Source of the DNA: the human T2T-CHM13v2.0 reference genome, Homo sapiens
DNA length: 64,000 nt
Direction: 5' to 3' (one strand)
Assembly: GCF_009914755.1 (NCBI RefSeq)
Contig: NC_060927.1
This document shows, in pieces, positions 28,093 to 41,326 of this stretch. Positions within the stretch are counted from its first letter, which is position 1; every line of letters begins with the position of its first letter. The translations under genes were made by a program, and so were the position numbers. The notes under the pieces were generated by a model, which was given only the letters and a program-made list of their open reading frames with translations, did no database searches and had not been told where the DNA came from.

Positions 28093-28388
28093 GGCTGGGC
28101 ACAGTGGCTCACAGCTGTAATCCCAGCACTTTGGGAGGCTGAGGCAGGAGGATTGCTTGAGCCCAGGAGTTTAAGACCAGCCATGGTAACACAGAGAGAC
28201 ACCATCTCTACAAAAAATAAAAAATTAGCCAGGGGTGGTGGCATGAGTCTGTGATCCAGCTACTGGAGAGGCTGAATTGGTAGGATCGTTTGAGCGCAGG
28301 AGGTCAAGGCTGCTGAGAGCCATGATTACACCACTGCACCACTGTGCTCCAGCCTTGGCAACAGAGCAAGACCCTGTCTCAAAAAAAA
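28093..28388 (+). mobile_element. AluJ
   Basis: Dimer with J-type 'ggattgcttgagcccaggagtt'; TSD aagacttgagct / aagacttgtgct. Confidence 0.88.
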
Positions 28389-28661
28389 AGACTTGTGCTA
28401 TCCTTTGTAGCTTAATATAGTCACAGAAATTTATATATTTCCAAAAGTGCCCAAGTGATTAATGTGATACTGTTTTAAGTAGAAAAATAAATGTTTTAGT
28501 CTTTTAAAAAGAAAATCTTGAAGGCCTGCACATCATGGGTTTGGTTTCATCTGATCAAGTGAGTACACTGATTAATGAAAATAAACCTCTTAAAAACCAT
28601 AAGAATTCTGTGGTTACCTAGAAACTATCGCCTACAAGCTAATATGAGATTTATCTTACAG

Positions 28662-28961
28662 ATATCTGACTTAATCACAGGCGCTACAAGAGATCTAAGG
28701 CAGGAAGTGACCACTCTTAAAGAAAAACTTCACAAATCCCATATTCGGTACACTGAAGAATCTAATTCAAAGGAAAAAGAAATTGAAAATCTTAAAAATT
28801 TGGTTGCAGAATTTGAATCTCGCTTGAAGAAGGAAATTGACAGTAATGATTCAGTTTCAGAAAACTTGAGGAAGGAAATGGAACAGAAGTCGGATGAACT
28901 GAAAAGAGTAATGCTGGCTCAAACACAACTGATAGAGCAATTTAACCAGTCCCAGGAAGAG
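28662..28961 (+). CDS. LEKR1: LEKR1 internal coding exon (300 nt; ISDLITGATRDLRQEV...IEQFNQSQEE)
   Basis: Acceptor atcttacag|ATA, donor GAG|gtagga; phase 0-0; 100-codon coiled-coil frame. Confidence 0.9.
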
Positions 28962-29085
28962 GTAGGAAGCAGATAGTGGTAACTTTGCAATTAATCAAAG
29001 AGCACATGTTCTTTCAACAAACAAACAAAAACGTGAAAGGCAGCTTAGTTTCATGGAAAGAGTCCTGGAATGTTAGTCTGACCTA

Positions 29086-29137
29086 AATCACATCCTGGTG
29101 CTCTGTCCTTAATCACATCCTGGTGCTCTGTCCTTAA
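29086..29137. repeat. Perfect 25-bp tandem duplication
   Basis: aatcacatcctggtgctctgtcctt x2 followed by aa. Confidence 0.95.
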
Positions 29138-30517
29138 CTTTAGGCAGTCACTTAGCCTCTCCAGACCTGGCTTTCCTGTGAACTACATAATCTCTAAAAG
29201 TTTCCTTAGCACCTAGTTCTTTCTTGCAAATAACTATTTTAAGCCTCTAAGAGTAGGAATCTTTATATGTTTATGTCTTATTTGTTTTAACGTTAAATTG
29301 TTGCCAAATAAACTTTTAGAGAACTTTCTGCATACATTTAAAAAAATTAGACTATGTCTTTTAAACACAATTTTACCTTAGGTTTTTACTTCCTATCAAT
29401 GTAAACTTATAAGGTAATATGCATGCGTCGGTTTTCTTTCTTATGTATGTATGATTATTTCAGTGATGGTTTTCATTCAAACTGGAGTAGACCTATTTTG
29501 ATTTGAAAACATTTTTGAAAGTCTTATGTCTGAACTACTGAGCAGTTTAGAAATAGTGAAACAATTCATCTGTTCTCTAATCATCAATATCATATCACAT
29601 TACAATATTTGATCCCTTTGATGACAGTATAGCAAATAAAGGTAAATGGAGGAAGATTCTGAATGTTGGTGAGAAGTAATATCTTTGTTGGTTTGGCATC
29701 AGTAAAGGCATAAAAGGAAAGTGCTAACAGCAATATCGATTATTAACAATTAAATATGCCATGGTCTTGCTATATTTAAATTATCAGCCAAAATAGAAAG
29801 TTTACATAATCATTGTAATTATGTAATTATGAAGTGAACCTATTACAAAGAAGTTATAAATATAAGATAAAATATGGAGTAGATAGAATACTAGATCAAG
29901 AATAATGCCTAAAACAACTCTATAAGTAGAAATTATTTACATGTTACAAATGAGGAAGAGACTGAAGAAGGTTGAATAATTTCCATAAGGTCAGACAGTT
30001 TGGTGGAGCCAAGATTCAAATTCGAATCTCTATGATATGATGTTTCCTCTTTTGGGAAACCCAGTTCTTATTATTCTGCTTCTGTATTTCACAGTGACCA
30101 CAGACTTAGCAGTTATAATCTCCAGGGACTCAATTTTCTTTTAGTATTATAATTAAGACAAAAAGATGATTAAGTTCTCTTGTTGTTACACAGCAGCTCA
30201 GTCCCCCCAATGAAGGAAGCCGCACCCCTAGTTCAGGCAGGAGTAAGGAGGGAGAGCACACGTGGACTTAGCTCTGCTAGAGAAACCCTGAGAAAGAGAG
30301 AAGTGATGCTGATTTGCCTCAAATGAGACAGCAGTAGTGAATCTCTAGAGGAGGGAAGCAGGATAAAGGACAGAAAGATTGAGGCAACTAGACTAGCAGG
30401 TTTTCTAACTATTCATTCACAAAAGAAATGGCAATATAGAAAATGAGGAGTAACTTATAAACTAGGACAAACAGAAAAAGACGGAAGGGCCAAATTCAGT
30501 AAATGTATATTAGCATC

Positions 30518-30917
30518 TGTGTTACTCTGTTCTTGCCTTAGTCTAAAGGAATATGTGAGACTGGATAATTTATAAAGAAAAGAGGTTTAGTTGGCTCATG
30601 GTTCTGCAGGCTGAACAGGAAGCATAGTTCTGGCGAGGACCTTAGGAAGCTTACAATCATGGCGGAAGGTGAAGGAGAAGCCAGTGCATCACATGGTGAG
30701 AGAGAGGTGGGGGGAGGTGCCACATTATTTTAAACAACCAAATCTCGCATGAACTAACACAGCAAGAACTCATTCATCACCAAGGGGATGGTGCTAAGCA
30801 ATTCATGAAGGATCTGCTGCCATGATTCAAACACCTCCCACTAGGCCCCACCTCCAACATTGAGGATTACATTTCAACATGAGATTTGGAGTTGACAAAC
30901 TTCCATACCCCATAACA
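30518..30917 (-). mobile_element. MST (MSTA/B) MaLR solo LTR
   Basis: TG..CA ends; 'taatttataaagaaaagaggttta..ggctcatggttctgcaggctg'; 5-bp TSD GCATC at 30513-30517 and 30918-30922. Confidence 0.88.
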
Positions 30918-31128
30918 GCATCTATCTGGGTGCCAGGCACGTGTTAGATAGGTACTGGTGATGTAATTATGAATAAGACTGACAACTGCCACTTCCTGCT
31001 CTCAAAGAAGAATTTAAAGAAAACTTTGCATGAGTAATTAAATTAATATCCAAAGGAAAGAATGATCTAAACAGAATTTATCATAAAAAAAGCATAGACT
31101 GAAAGCTCGAACATTTGCATGAAGAGCC

Positions 31129-31684
31129 TGTATAAGTTATCTATTGCTACGTGACAAATTACCCCCAAGTTTAGCAGCTTCAAACAACAAACATTTATTA
31201 TCTCATAGCTTCTGTGGGTCAGGAATCTGAGCATGGCTTAGCTGAGTGTCTCTGGTTTAGAGGCTCAAGTTCTCTCATGAGGTTGGTGTCAGGGTATCCA
31301 CTGGGCTGCAGTCTCATCTAGAGGCTCAACTAGGATGGGATTGGCTTTCAGGCTTACTTATATGGTTTTTGGCAGAATGTATTTGGCCAGAGGCTTCCCT
31401 CAGTTCCTTGCCACATGGACCTCTCCATAGAACAGCTCAGTGTGTCAGCTGACTTCCCTCAGGGCAAGCGAGTGAGAATGAGAGAGAGAAGGTGCCAAGA
31501 CAGAAGCCACAGTCTTTTTGCAACCTAATCTCGGAAGAGACATACCAGTGCTTCTGCTGTATTCCATTTATTACAAATGAATCAGTAAGTCCAACCCACA
31601 CTCGAGGTGAAATCATTGCACAAAGATATGAATATCAGGAGAGTAAGGATCATTAAGGGGGCGTTTTAAAGGCTTCCAATCACA
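31129..31684 (-). mobile_element. MLT1 (F/G-like) MaLR LTR
   Basis: 'ctattgctacgtgacaaattacccccaagtttagcagcttcaaacaacaaacatttattatctcatagcttctgtgggtcaggaatctg'. Confidence 0.7.
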
Positions 31685-32616
31685 GGGCTTCGGGAGGTGA
31701 TTTTGGCAAGAGAAAATAGACTAAAAGTGAAGAGTGGATTTCTTCATCGACAAAAGGAGCTGCAGTTGGAACTCTTCCTGCTCATTAGTTTTTAAAAGAA
31801 GCCACTTAGGAATAAAGCTTTTTTAAAAAAATGTGGACTGAAAGACATAAGACATTGGGTTGGTATATAAATGATCACAGATCATTGCTAGAGAGGAGAA
31901 AAGGATCATCCCAAAGGTAAAGAAAACCAATTAAGGGTATACTTAGGGGGGCAATTTCCTTTTGTGGGAGCGGGGAGGGTAGACTAGAGTTTCCTTTAGA
32001 AGTTACCAAAATATCACCTCAAAGTTAACTAATTCGAACTGAACTGTAAGAGTAAATAATTAAGGCTGCTTCTCTGGCTAAGCATGCCAGAGTCCAAAAT
32101 ATGCTTATAAAAATAGGAAATGAGCCAATAAAAGGGATAGGATTTATGAGCCAAAAAGAATAGAGGCCATAGCATGTAAAGTGAAAAGCACCACTTTTTT
32201 TGAAAATGCATTCCAGACACTTGAAATTTCTCAGATTCTGGAGAAATAAAGCTGCATTTAAGTGGAAAACAAATTCCCATTCGAATGAAAATAAATTAAT
32301 GGTCTAATAAGGAGGCTAATTAAGAGGAGGAAAGCCCTGTTCTCTTTCAAGAGGCCAAATAATGGGTAGACTTTGTTTTTAATTGTATGAAGAAAGTTCT
32401 CAAGGATAAGAGGAAAGCCAAAGCCTCTAAAGGGCAAAATGGGCCTTCCTAAGTGGAGCAGGGATTATTGGAGGGCATCCCCAGAAACAGCAAGGGTCGC
32501 AAAGCAGAGCAACAAAGGGTGCAGGTCAATAAAAAGAGAAAATGGAAAATAAAACTGTGCTAGAAATGTAAATGTGAACAAGGAGTCCCTGAGAAGATAC
32601 ATTAAAAGATTGGAAA

Positions 32617-32659
32617 GGAGGGAGGGAGGGAGAGAGAGTGAGAGAGAGAGAGAGAGAGA
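32617..32659. repeat. (GGGA)n/(GA)n purine microsatellite
   Basis: ggagggagggagggagagagagtgagagagagagagagagaga. Confidence 0.85.
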
Positions 32660-33315
32660 AAGTTAATATGTTAGAGAATAACACTTATCAATAAAACCAA
32701 GTCAAAATGGGTCATGTGCTTCTTGATGCCCATTTTCCTTCCTACTGGTTCCATGTGAGTACAGTCAAGACAGTGTGACCCCCTATTACGGACCTTGTTG
32801 TGATCCAGAGGAAGAATGTGGTAAATCAAATAAACAGCTCACATACAATCACCGAAGGACAATCAGTACAGATAGTTCAATATTTTTGTTGTTTGAAGAC
32901 CACACATAAGGGAGCCAAAAGAGCAGTAGTTTTAAATGCTATAGTTCTTGTAGTCATACAATGAAGATGAGTGATACTCAAAAATAGAAAATAATGCTCT
33001 TGGTTAAACATGGAGAATTGAATACATATGTTTATCTCTACTTCATTCCATTGCCACTAAAATGGCAGTCAATTAATAAAAAGTGAATAAATCCATTAGG
33101 ACAAAGAGAACAGGAGAGGAGTTAGCACTTGATAAAAAAGATATTGGCCAAAGCTTACAAAAATGGAAAGCAAGTGTCTAAGAGATAAATAACTTATCAT
33201 ATAGAATACTGAAACCTAATGCCCGTGAGGATTGGGGATGGGAGGATTCAAAATGGAGAAAATCTAGTTATGTGACACAACACTGGAGAGGCTCAGGAAT
33301 TGGAGAAACTAGATG

Positions 33316-35825
33316 CAGGCATAACTTGTTTTATTGCATGTCACTTTATTGTGCTCCACAGATACTGTGGTTTTTTTTTCCCCACAAATTGAAGGTTTGT
33401 GGCAACCCCTATGTCGAGAAAGTCTCTCAGTGTCATTTTTTCAACTGCATGTGCTCACTTTATGTCTTTGTGTCACAGTTTGGTAATTCTTGCAATATTT
33501 TAAACTCTTTCATTATTATTATATCTGTTATGGCCACAAAACCAGTGATCTTTGATGTTACTATTACACTTGTTTGTGGGTGCCAAGAATGGTGCCTATA
33601 TAAGACAGCAAACTTAATAGATAAATGTTGTGTGTGTTCGGACTAATCCACTGACTGGCCAGTCCTCCATCTCTCTTCTGCTCAGGACTCCCTATTTGCT
33701 GAGGCAAAAACAATATTGAAATTAGGCCAATTAACAACGCTACAATGGCTCCTAAGCATTCAAGTGAAAGGAAGAATTACACATCTCTCACTTTAAGTCA
33801 AAAGGCAGAAATGATTAAGCTTAGCAAGGAAAGCAAATCAAAAGTTGAGATAAGCCAGAAGCTAAGCCTCTTGTTCCAGTTAGCCAAGTTGTGAATGCAA
33901 AGGAAAAGTTCTTGAAGGCAATAAAAGTGCTACCTCAGTGAATACATGAATGATAAGAAAATAAAACAGCCTTCTTGCTGATATGGAGAAAGTTTGAGTG
34001 GTCTAGGTAGAAGATCAAACCAGTCATAATATTCCCTTAAGCCAAAGCCTAATCCAGAGCAAGACCCTAACTCTCTCCAATTGTATGAAGACTGAAAGAG
34101 ATGAGGAAGCTGCAGAAGAAAAATTGGAAGCTAGCAGTGGTAGGTTTATGAGGTTCAAGACAAGAAGCCATTTCCAGAACATAAAGGTATAAGGTAAGAT
34201 AGCAAGTGCTCATGTCGAAGCTGTGGTAAGTTATCCAGATCTAGCTAAGATCATTTATGAGGTAGCTACATTAAACAACAGGTTTTCATTGTACATGGAA
34301 CAACCTTCTATTGGAAGAAGGTACCATCTAGGACTTTCATAGCTGTAGTACAGAAGCTTTGAAGCCAAACTTCAAGAATTAGCCTTCAAAGGACAGTCTA
34401 ATTCTCTCATTAGGAGATAATGCAGCTAGTGACTTTAAGTTGAAGCCAATGCTCATTTACCATCCCAAAAATCCTAACACCCTTAAGAATTATGCTAAAT
34501 CTACTCTACTCTGTGCTTTATAAGTGGGACAACAAAGCCTGAATGACAGCACATCTTTTTGCAGCATGGCTTACTGAATATTTTAAGCCTGTTGATACCT
34601 ACTGTTCAGAAAAAAAAAAAAATCCCTTTCAAAATATTGCTTCTCATTGACAATGCATCTGGTCACCCAAGAGCTCTGATGGAGATGTACAAGGGGATTA
34701 ATGTTTTCATGCCTGCAAGCACAACATCCATTCTGCAGCGCATGAATCAAGGAACAGTTTTGACTTTCAAGTCTTATTATTTAAGAAATATATTTCATAA
34801 GATGATAGCTGTCATAGTTATTGATTCCTCTGATGGATCTGGGCTAAGTAAATTCAAAACCTTCTGGGAAGGACTCACCATTCTAGATGCCATTCAGAAC
34901 ATTCCTAATTCATGGGTAGAGGATAAAATATCAATAATTACAAAAGTTTGGAAGAAGTTGATTCCAGCTCTCATGGATGACTTTGAAGGTTTAAAACTTC
35001 AGTGGAGGAAGTGGCAGAAATAGCAAGAGAACTAGAATTAAAAGTGGAGTCTGAAGATGTGGCTGAACTGCTGCAAACTTGAACATATAAAAAGTTACTT
35101 CTTATAGATGAGCAAAGAAAGCCATTTGTTGAAATGGAATCTACTCCTGTGAAGATGCTGCAAAAAATATTGAAATTACAACAAAGGATTTGGAATATTA
35201 TATAAAATTAGTTGATAAAGCAGTGACAGGGTTTGAGAGGATTGACTCCAATTTTGGCAGAAGTTCTACTGCGGGTAAAATGCTGTCAAACAGCATCACA
35301 TGCTACAGAGAAATCTTTCATAAATGGAAGAGTCCCTTGATGTGGCAAACATCATTGTTGTCTTTTTTTTTAATTTTTATTTTCTTTTTGAGACAGAGTT
35401 TCACTCTGTTGCCCAGGCTGGAGTGCAGTGGCGCAATCTCAGCTCACTGCAACTTCTGCCTCCCAGGTTCAAGTGATTTCTGTGCTGTTGTCTTCTTTTA
35501 AGAAATTGCTACTGCCATCCCAACCTTCAGCAACTTCCACCTTGATCAGTCAACAGCCATCAACATTGAAGCAAGACCCTCCACCAGCAGAAGATACAAC
35601 TTGCTGAAGGCTCAGATGATTGATAGCATTTTTTAGCAGTAAAATATCTTTAAATTAAGGTATGTACATTTTTTAGACTTAATGCTATTGCACACTTAAC
35701 TACAGTATGTTGTAAACATAATTTTTATATGCAATGGGAAACCAAAAAATTCATGTGACTTTCTTTATTGCAATATTTGCTTTATTTTGGTCTAGAACCA
35801 AACCCACAATATCTCTGTATGCCTA
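33316..35825 (+). mobile_element. Near full-length Tigger1 (TcMar) with decayed transposase
   Basis: 5' TIR caggcataacttgttttattgc, 3' end ..aacccacaatatctctgtatgcct; ORF remnant 34559-35023 ..FKILLLIDNASGHPRALMEMY.. (DDE_1 region); multiple stops and frameshifts. Confidence 0.92.
35365..35480 (-). mobile_element. 5'-truncated Alu (right-arm 3' portion) inserted in Tigger1
   Basis: tttgagacagagtttcactctgttgcccaggctggagtgcagtggcgcaatc...; TSD tgttgtctt on both sides. Confidence 0.85.
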
Positions 35826-36175
35826 TGCCTCTGAAAGAGGGATGTAAGGGTGGAATTGAAAACAAGGCTGTTTGAAAGATTATAAAAGGACCAAACAGAT
35901 CATCAGAGATGTCCTCCCAGTTCCCAAGAAGCCCCTGCCCACCATCCTGGCAGAATACCAGGGGTTTACTCTCTAGCAAAACTGAATGAGAAAAGGCACT
36001 GAACCTGAGGACAGAAGAGATAAAGCAAGAGTATATTAAGTATGGAGACTTCCCAGTACCCTTCACACTCTCATGTTTCAGAACACAAGTAACCAGGCTT
36101 ATGTATTAATAGCCATAAAAAAAGAAATTGGAAGAGCCCCTTCTGGAGAAATGAGCTGCCTCAAAAGATAACACC

Positions 36176-36472
36176 AGCCTGGCAGAGTGGCTCACACCTG
36201 TAATCTCAGCACTTTGGGAGGCCAAGGCAGGCAGATCACATGAGGCCAGGGGTTTGGGACCAGCCTGGCCAACATGGTAAAACTCCGTCTCTACTGAAAA
36301 TACAAAAATTAGCCTGTCGTGGTGCTGCACATCTGTAATCCCAGCTACTTGGGAGGCTGAGGCACAAGAATCATTTGAACCCAGAAGGTGGAGGTTGCAG
36401 TAGCGGAGATCACACCACTGCACTCCAGCCTGGGTGACAGCAAGACTCTGTCTCAAAAATAAATAAATAAAT
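36176..36472 (+). mobile_element. AluS
   Basis: Full dimer, (TAAA)n tail. Confidence 0.88.
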
Positions 36473-36479
36473 AGGATAA

Positions 36480-37920
36480 GACCCATTGATACTGACAGTT
36501 GGGATATTCCAATGAAATGGCTATATCCATGTTCAGTCTACCTACTTAGAAGGATATCAGCCAATAAACTGTATACAAGCACACTGAGCTTAAGGTAACA
36601 TTTTGGGGACACATTTTTAAACACGAACAGCCAAGGATCACCAATTATTTGAGAAACATCTCTAATGTGAAGAACAGAAACAATAAGCAAAAAAGAACTT
36701 CACAGAAAAAAATACAAAACAATACAGGGAGCAAAAGAGAGCTTAAAAATGTATAATTAATATCCTCAGAGAGAAAAGAGATGATATTGTATTCATTAAA
36801 CATAAACAGCCAGCTATGAAAAAAGAACAAGAGTGAATATTAAAATATAAGGACTGAAATTTTAAAAAAATCAATATTTGGGTTAGATGATAAAGATGTG
36901 AAATCTCCTAGAAAGTAGAAGAAAAAAGCAAAAAGATGGAGAAAAGAAAAGAAAATTCAAAGGAATAAGAAATAGAAGACAGTGCCTTCCAAATTCCAAA
37001 GGAAAATTATGCCCAGCCTAGAATTCTATATCCTGCCAAAACAATCCGTCAAGCATCAAACGCAGATATTTTCAGACTTAAGAGTTCTCAAAAATGATAC
37101 TACCCTGGCAGCCTTTTTCAGAAAGCTGTTAGAAGATATATGACAGCACAATGATGGAATAAGTAATAAAGGAGAAAATATAGGAATCAGGAAATAAGGA
37201 ATCCAACACAGGAGAGGGATGGAGGGAATCCCAGGATAATGGTGGGAAGAAATGCTAGGATTACAGCAGTGCATCAGATTGAAAGAATAACCAGACCAAA
37301 AGAATGGAAGTTTCTTAGAATGTTGAGCAGAAGAATGGTGGGTTCTTAGAAGTATGTCTCCAAGAACAAAGAGAAGCTGATAGCTTACATGGGGTGTTTG
37401 AACATGTTGAGAGGATATTTACACTTCTGTAAGTTTGGTGAAAAATTAATATCAACACCCAGAAAATGAAGCAGAAAAATTATGAGACAATAACTCTGGA
37501 TGGAAGCTATGCAAGGAAGAAAATGTCATCTTAGTACATAACATGGCCCAGATGTGCATATGCTTATATACTATAATCATATAAAGATGAATATAGATTA
37601 AGCTAAAAATTGTGACAGAAATATGAGGATAGGAGGAGGAGCAGCATCTGTTGGGAATTGGTATAGGAAGCTGAACCCTCATCTTCCATTCCATGCAGTC
37701 AATAGATATGTTCCAAACTGAAAAACAAAGAAGTATAATGATGTTATTTTGAAGTACTGAGGGTAACTATCAGAAGAAATAGTTTAAAGATCTGAAAATG
37801 GTTATTCCTGGGAGGCAGGACTTGGAAATGTGAAGAAATGCTTTTTTCATTGTGAGTTTTAGTATTATTTTACTTTTTAGCTATATGTAATCCATTAATT
37901 TTAAAAAATTAAAAATAATA
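36480..37920 (+). mobile_element. Ancient L1ME-like fragments (continuing from ~32990-33315 and 35826-36175)
   Basis: ORF1-like 'agcctagaattctatatcctgccaaa', A-rich degenerate sequence. Confidence 0.55.
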
Positions 37921-38229
37921 GAAAGGAATAAAGTATAAAAAGGACCTAGTAGAGAAGGTGGCAGAGACAAGAATAAAGGTCAAGCAAGGAATATTGAAGA
38001 AAAATCAGGAAAGTTACAAGTAAAACAAAAGCAACAGAATATAAACCTTAATGAGATTTTCTTTTCAGATTATGAGAAATGAAAAAATTAAGACAAAGCA
38101 GATTCTAGCTTAAACTTAGTAACAGGTGCCTAGTACACTTCTGTTTATTCCCCAAGTCTAAGTGCAAGGAGAACCCCTCCATGAATCCACAAAATCCCAG
38201 AGGCAAAATTAGCTATACACCTGTGTGCC

Positions 38230-39250
38230 TACTGCAGTTGCTTATTTATGCATTCATTTAACAGGTAAAGAGTTTTGTTGTTTTTATAGATGCTAAGGAA
38301 AAAATAAATCAGGGTAAAAGGGATACTTTCTGAAGGAGGGGTGCTATATTAGATGGGGTAGTAAGAGGACTCTGAGGAAATAATGAGGCAAAGAGCATTC
38401 CAGGGAAAGAACACTCCAGGCAAAGGTAATAGAAAGACTCTGCAGCAAGGAACATACTGGGAACCTTAAAGAAGCCACAAGGAAGTCAGCAAGCACTGCT
38501 GGAGCTTAGTGAGCAAGGATAGTGATAGAAACCAAGGTTGAAGGGCCAGTTCACATGGAGTCTTCGTAGGCTATGATAAGGTCTTTGGATACTTTGCTAG
38601 GTGTGATAGAAAGCCACCTAGGAATTTCGAACAAGGAATTGACATGATCTGACTTATTTTTAGAGGATAACTGACTTCTGTGTAGAAAATAGGTTGAAGA
38701 GGGCAAAAAAGAGAGCAAGGCTGTGAAGGAGGTGACCAATCACCAGATTTGGGATATATTTTAGGGGTGAAGGCAATAGAGGTTGCTGATTGATTGGATG
38801 ATATGAAAGCATAAAAAGGAGTCAAGGATAACTCCAAAGCTTGGAATCTCAGCAACTGAGAGAGTGCTGAGATGGGAAATGCTAGAAAAGAAATACAATT
38901 GGGGAGGAATATCAAGAATTTTATTTGGGACATGTTGATCTTAATATGCCTGTTAGATACCCAAGTGGAGATGTTGACTAGGCAATATGTCCATAGGGAA
39001 GGCAAGCTGGAGATGTCGATTTTGGACAATTCCACATGTAGCTGATACTTAACCCTTGGGACTGAATGAGATCACCCAGAGGATGAGGTAATAGAGCAAG
39101 GGTTGAGAACAGGCACTCTTAACTTTTAGAGCCTGGGAAGAGGAGTAGAATCTAGCGATGGTGACAGAAAAGGAACTTCTGGTGAGGTGGGAAGAAAACC
39201 GGAAGAGAACACTATCAAGGACTCTAAAGAAAGACTGTATTTAAAGAAGG
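38230..39250. mobile_element. L2 (L2a-like) fragment
   Basis: 'gacatgatctgacttattttt', 'ggagtcaaggataactccaa', 'ttgggacatgttga..tgcctgttagatacccaagtggagatgttga'. Confidence 0.75.
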
Positions 39251-39266
39251 GTACATGCAATATAGA

Positions 39267-39559
39267 CAGGCCCACAGTCCCTTATCTGAAAACTTTGTGC
39301 TCAGATATAAAATTATTTTGAATTTTAGAAAGTTAGTAAGTACAGTATGTCCTCATAGATGTAGGGCAGCCTCCCCATGCAATGACATTAATACTTCTGC
39401 AGTGAAACATCTGAATGTTCACATGAAATAGAATAAAGACTGTAATTAGCCTCCTATCAGTTCAGTCAGATTTTATCACTAACTGTGATGAGCTACAGCA
39501 TTTTTTTCTTTTCAGAGCTTTTTGGATGTCAAAAGTAAGGCTAAAGGACTATAGATCTG
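39267..39559 (+). mobile_element. MER46C/Tigger4-type DNA transposon fossil
   Basis: caggcccacagtcccttatctgaaa ... ttttcagagctttttggat..aaggactatagatctg; TIR-like ends. Confidence 0.7.
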
Positions 39560-39897
39560 TATTGGCTTTCATTAAAACAGCTGTTTTTATTGTTTATTGC
39601 CCAACAATCTCCTAGCATCTCGAATCTCTTTTGTTTAAAAAACAAAGGAAAGTACATGTGTATCTCTACAGGGCTACCAAGATGATAGGAAAAAATCAAG
39701 GATTTGCCTCCTATTAACAGTGGTTACCTTAGAAGTGTAGGAAGAGATAGACAGGGGTTTTACTTCTTACATACTTTTTAAAAACATTGGCATCATGGGT
39801 TATTTTTAACATTTTGGTGTTTTGAAAATATGTTTCCAATGTAAACTCTATTTTTAAAAAAAGAAAGAAAGAAATTCCATTTACATAAGAAAGTTCA

Positions 39898-40196
39898 GGC
39901 CAAGTGTGGTGGCTCACGCCTATAACCCAGCATTTTGGGAGCTCAAGATGGGAGGATTGCTTGAGCTTGGAGTTCAAGACCAGCCTGGGAAACATAGGGA
40001 GACCCTGTTTTTACAGAAAATACAAAAATTAGCTGGGCATGGTGGCACACGCCTGTAGTCCCAGCTACTTGGGAAGCTGAGGAAGGAGGACTGCTTGAGC
40101 CTCGGGGGTTGAGGCTATAATGAGCCGTGATCGTGCTTCTGTACTCGAGCCTGGGCAACAACCTGAAACCCTGTCTCAAAAAACGAAAAGAAAAAA
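39898..40196 (+). mobile_element. AluJ
   Basis: Dimer with J-type features, A-rich tail. Confidence 0.88.
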
Positions 40197-41206
40197 GCTT
40201 ATTAACAAATCTAGCAAAGACGGATTCATGTAAACTCTAAGATTAAATTTTAATAATACATGGTATTTGCAAGCACAAATAGTTTATTTGCAAGAGGGAC
40301 TTGCTTAGTTTTAGGGTAAGCATTTATTACATTTGCATGTTTAATCAGTATACAGAATATGGCACACACTTCTCTGGTAATTCCTTCTATGAGAATGGAG
40401 AAGCCAAAGTACCAGCAAGTAAATTACCAAAAAGTAGTTCTCAGTTTGGGAACATAATAAATTAGAATATTTACGTCTTTTTTAAAGAGTAAGAGGGTAA
40501 AGGGAGGTTCTCCAACCTCCAGCAGGAAACATGGGGAGGATCAAGAAAGCTTTTAGGGACAGGGACTATACCTAGGCTTGGTTGGCAGGGAGGATGAGTG
40601 AACTGACCACCTGAGAACCTTAGCCTTGGGCCATGGGGCAGAAGGGGGCTCAGACTGGGAGTCTCTGTGGTGAGGAAGATACCAGAAAGTTGACAGAATG
40701 AGAAGATATATTGAGAAATTTTTGTATATTTAATTAGTGCTAGTTAAATTTTGTATGTTTAATTAGTGCTAATTAAATCTAAATTAAGTTGGATTATTGA
40801 CTTAGAAAAGTAAATGTTGAATACTTTGTCATCATGGGCTCTTCCTCTCTGTCCTGAAAATCTGCCTCTGAAGCATATCAGTCTGAGGGATTATTGCCCT
40901 CTGTTGCTACAACTTTTGTTTGGGTATGTCTATTGCAGTTGGTTTTATTATGTTTGTAAGCAGGGAAATATAATTTTGAAAACAACCAGCCTGACATCCA
41001 TCTTACTTGTTTCCTGGAAATCTTTTCAGATTCTCATTCTTCTCTTACCAAAAGGCCATTTCCACTAACTTTTGGCAGTGTTTTGGACTGATCAGATTAG
41101 TTGAACAGAAGCCTGGAAGCCTTTGAATGGAAGCTGGGAACATCCTTTGCTAACTCCCACTCATCTTTCTGGTTTCCACACTTTTCCACAGAATTTCCTT
41201 TTACCT

Positions 41207-41326
41207 CAGCTCCCCACCCACCTGGACAGCCACCCACTCACCTTGGGATATATCCAGTTAAGGCTGGTGGAAACTGTAATCTGATCATTCCATGACTGAT
41301 TCAGATCTTACTGGGTCTAAAGCATG
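41207..41326 (+). repeat. Copy 1 of ~120-bp diverged direct repeat (partner 42901-43026)
   Basis: 62-nt core 41265-41326 vs 42965-43026 differs at 6 positions. Confidence 0.85.

Noticed and set aside
28575-28661. In-frame ATG extension upstream of the 300-nt exon
   Set aside because: A clear acceptor at 28661 and non-coiled-coil composition indicate chance open intron sequence
34559-35501. 154-aa and 103-aa ORFs as a functional transposase
   Set aside because: Fragments of decayed Tigger1 with stops and frameshifts and an Alu insertion
38571-39035. 154-aa minus-strand ORF
   Set aside because: Lies within an L2 fossil; no splice or expression support visible
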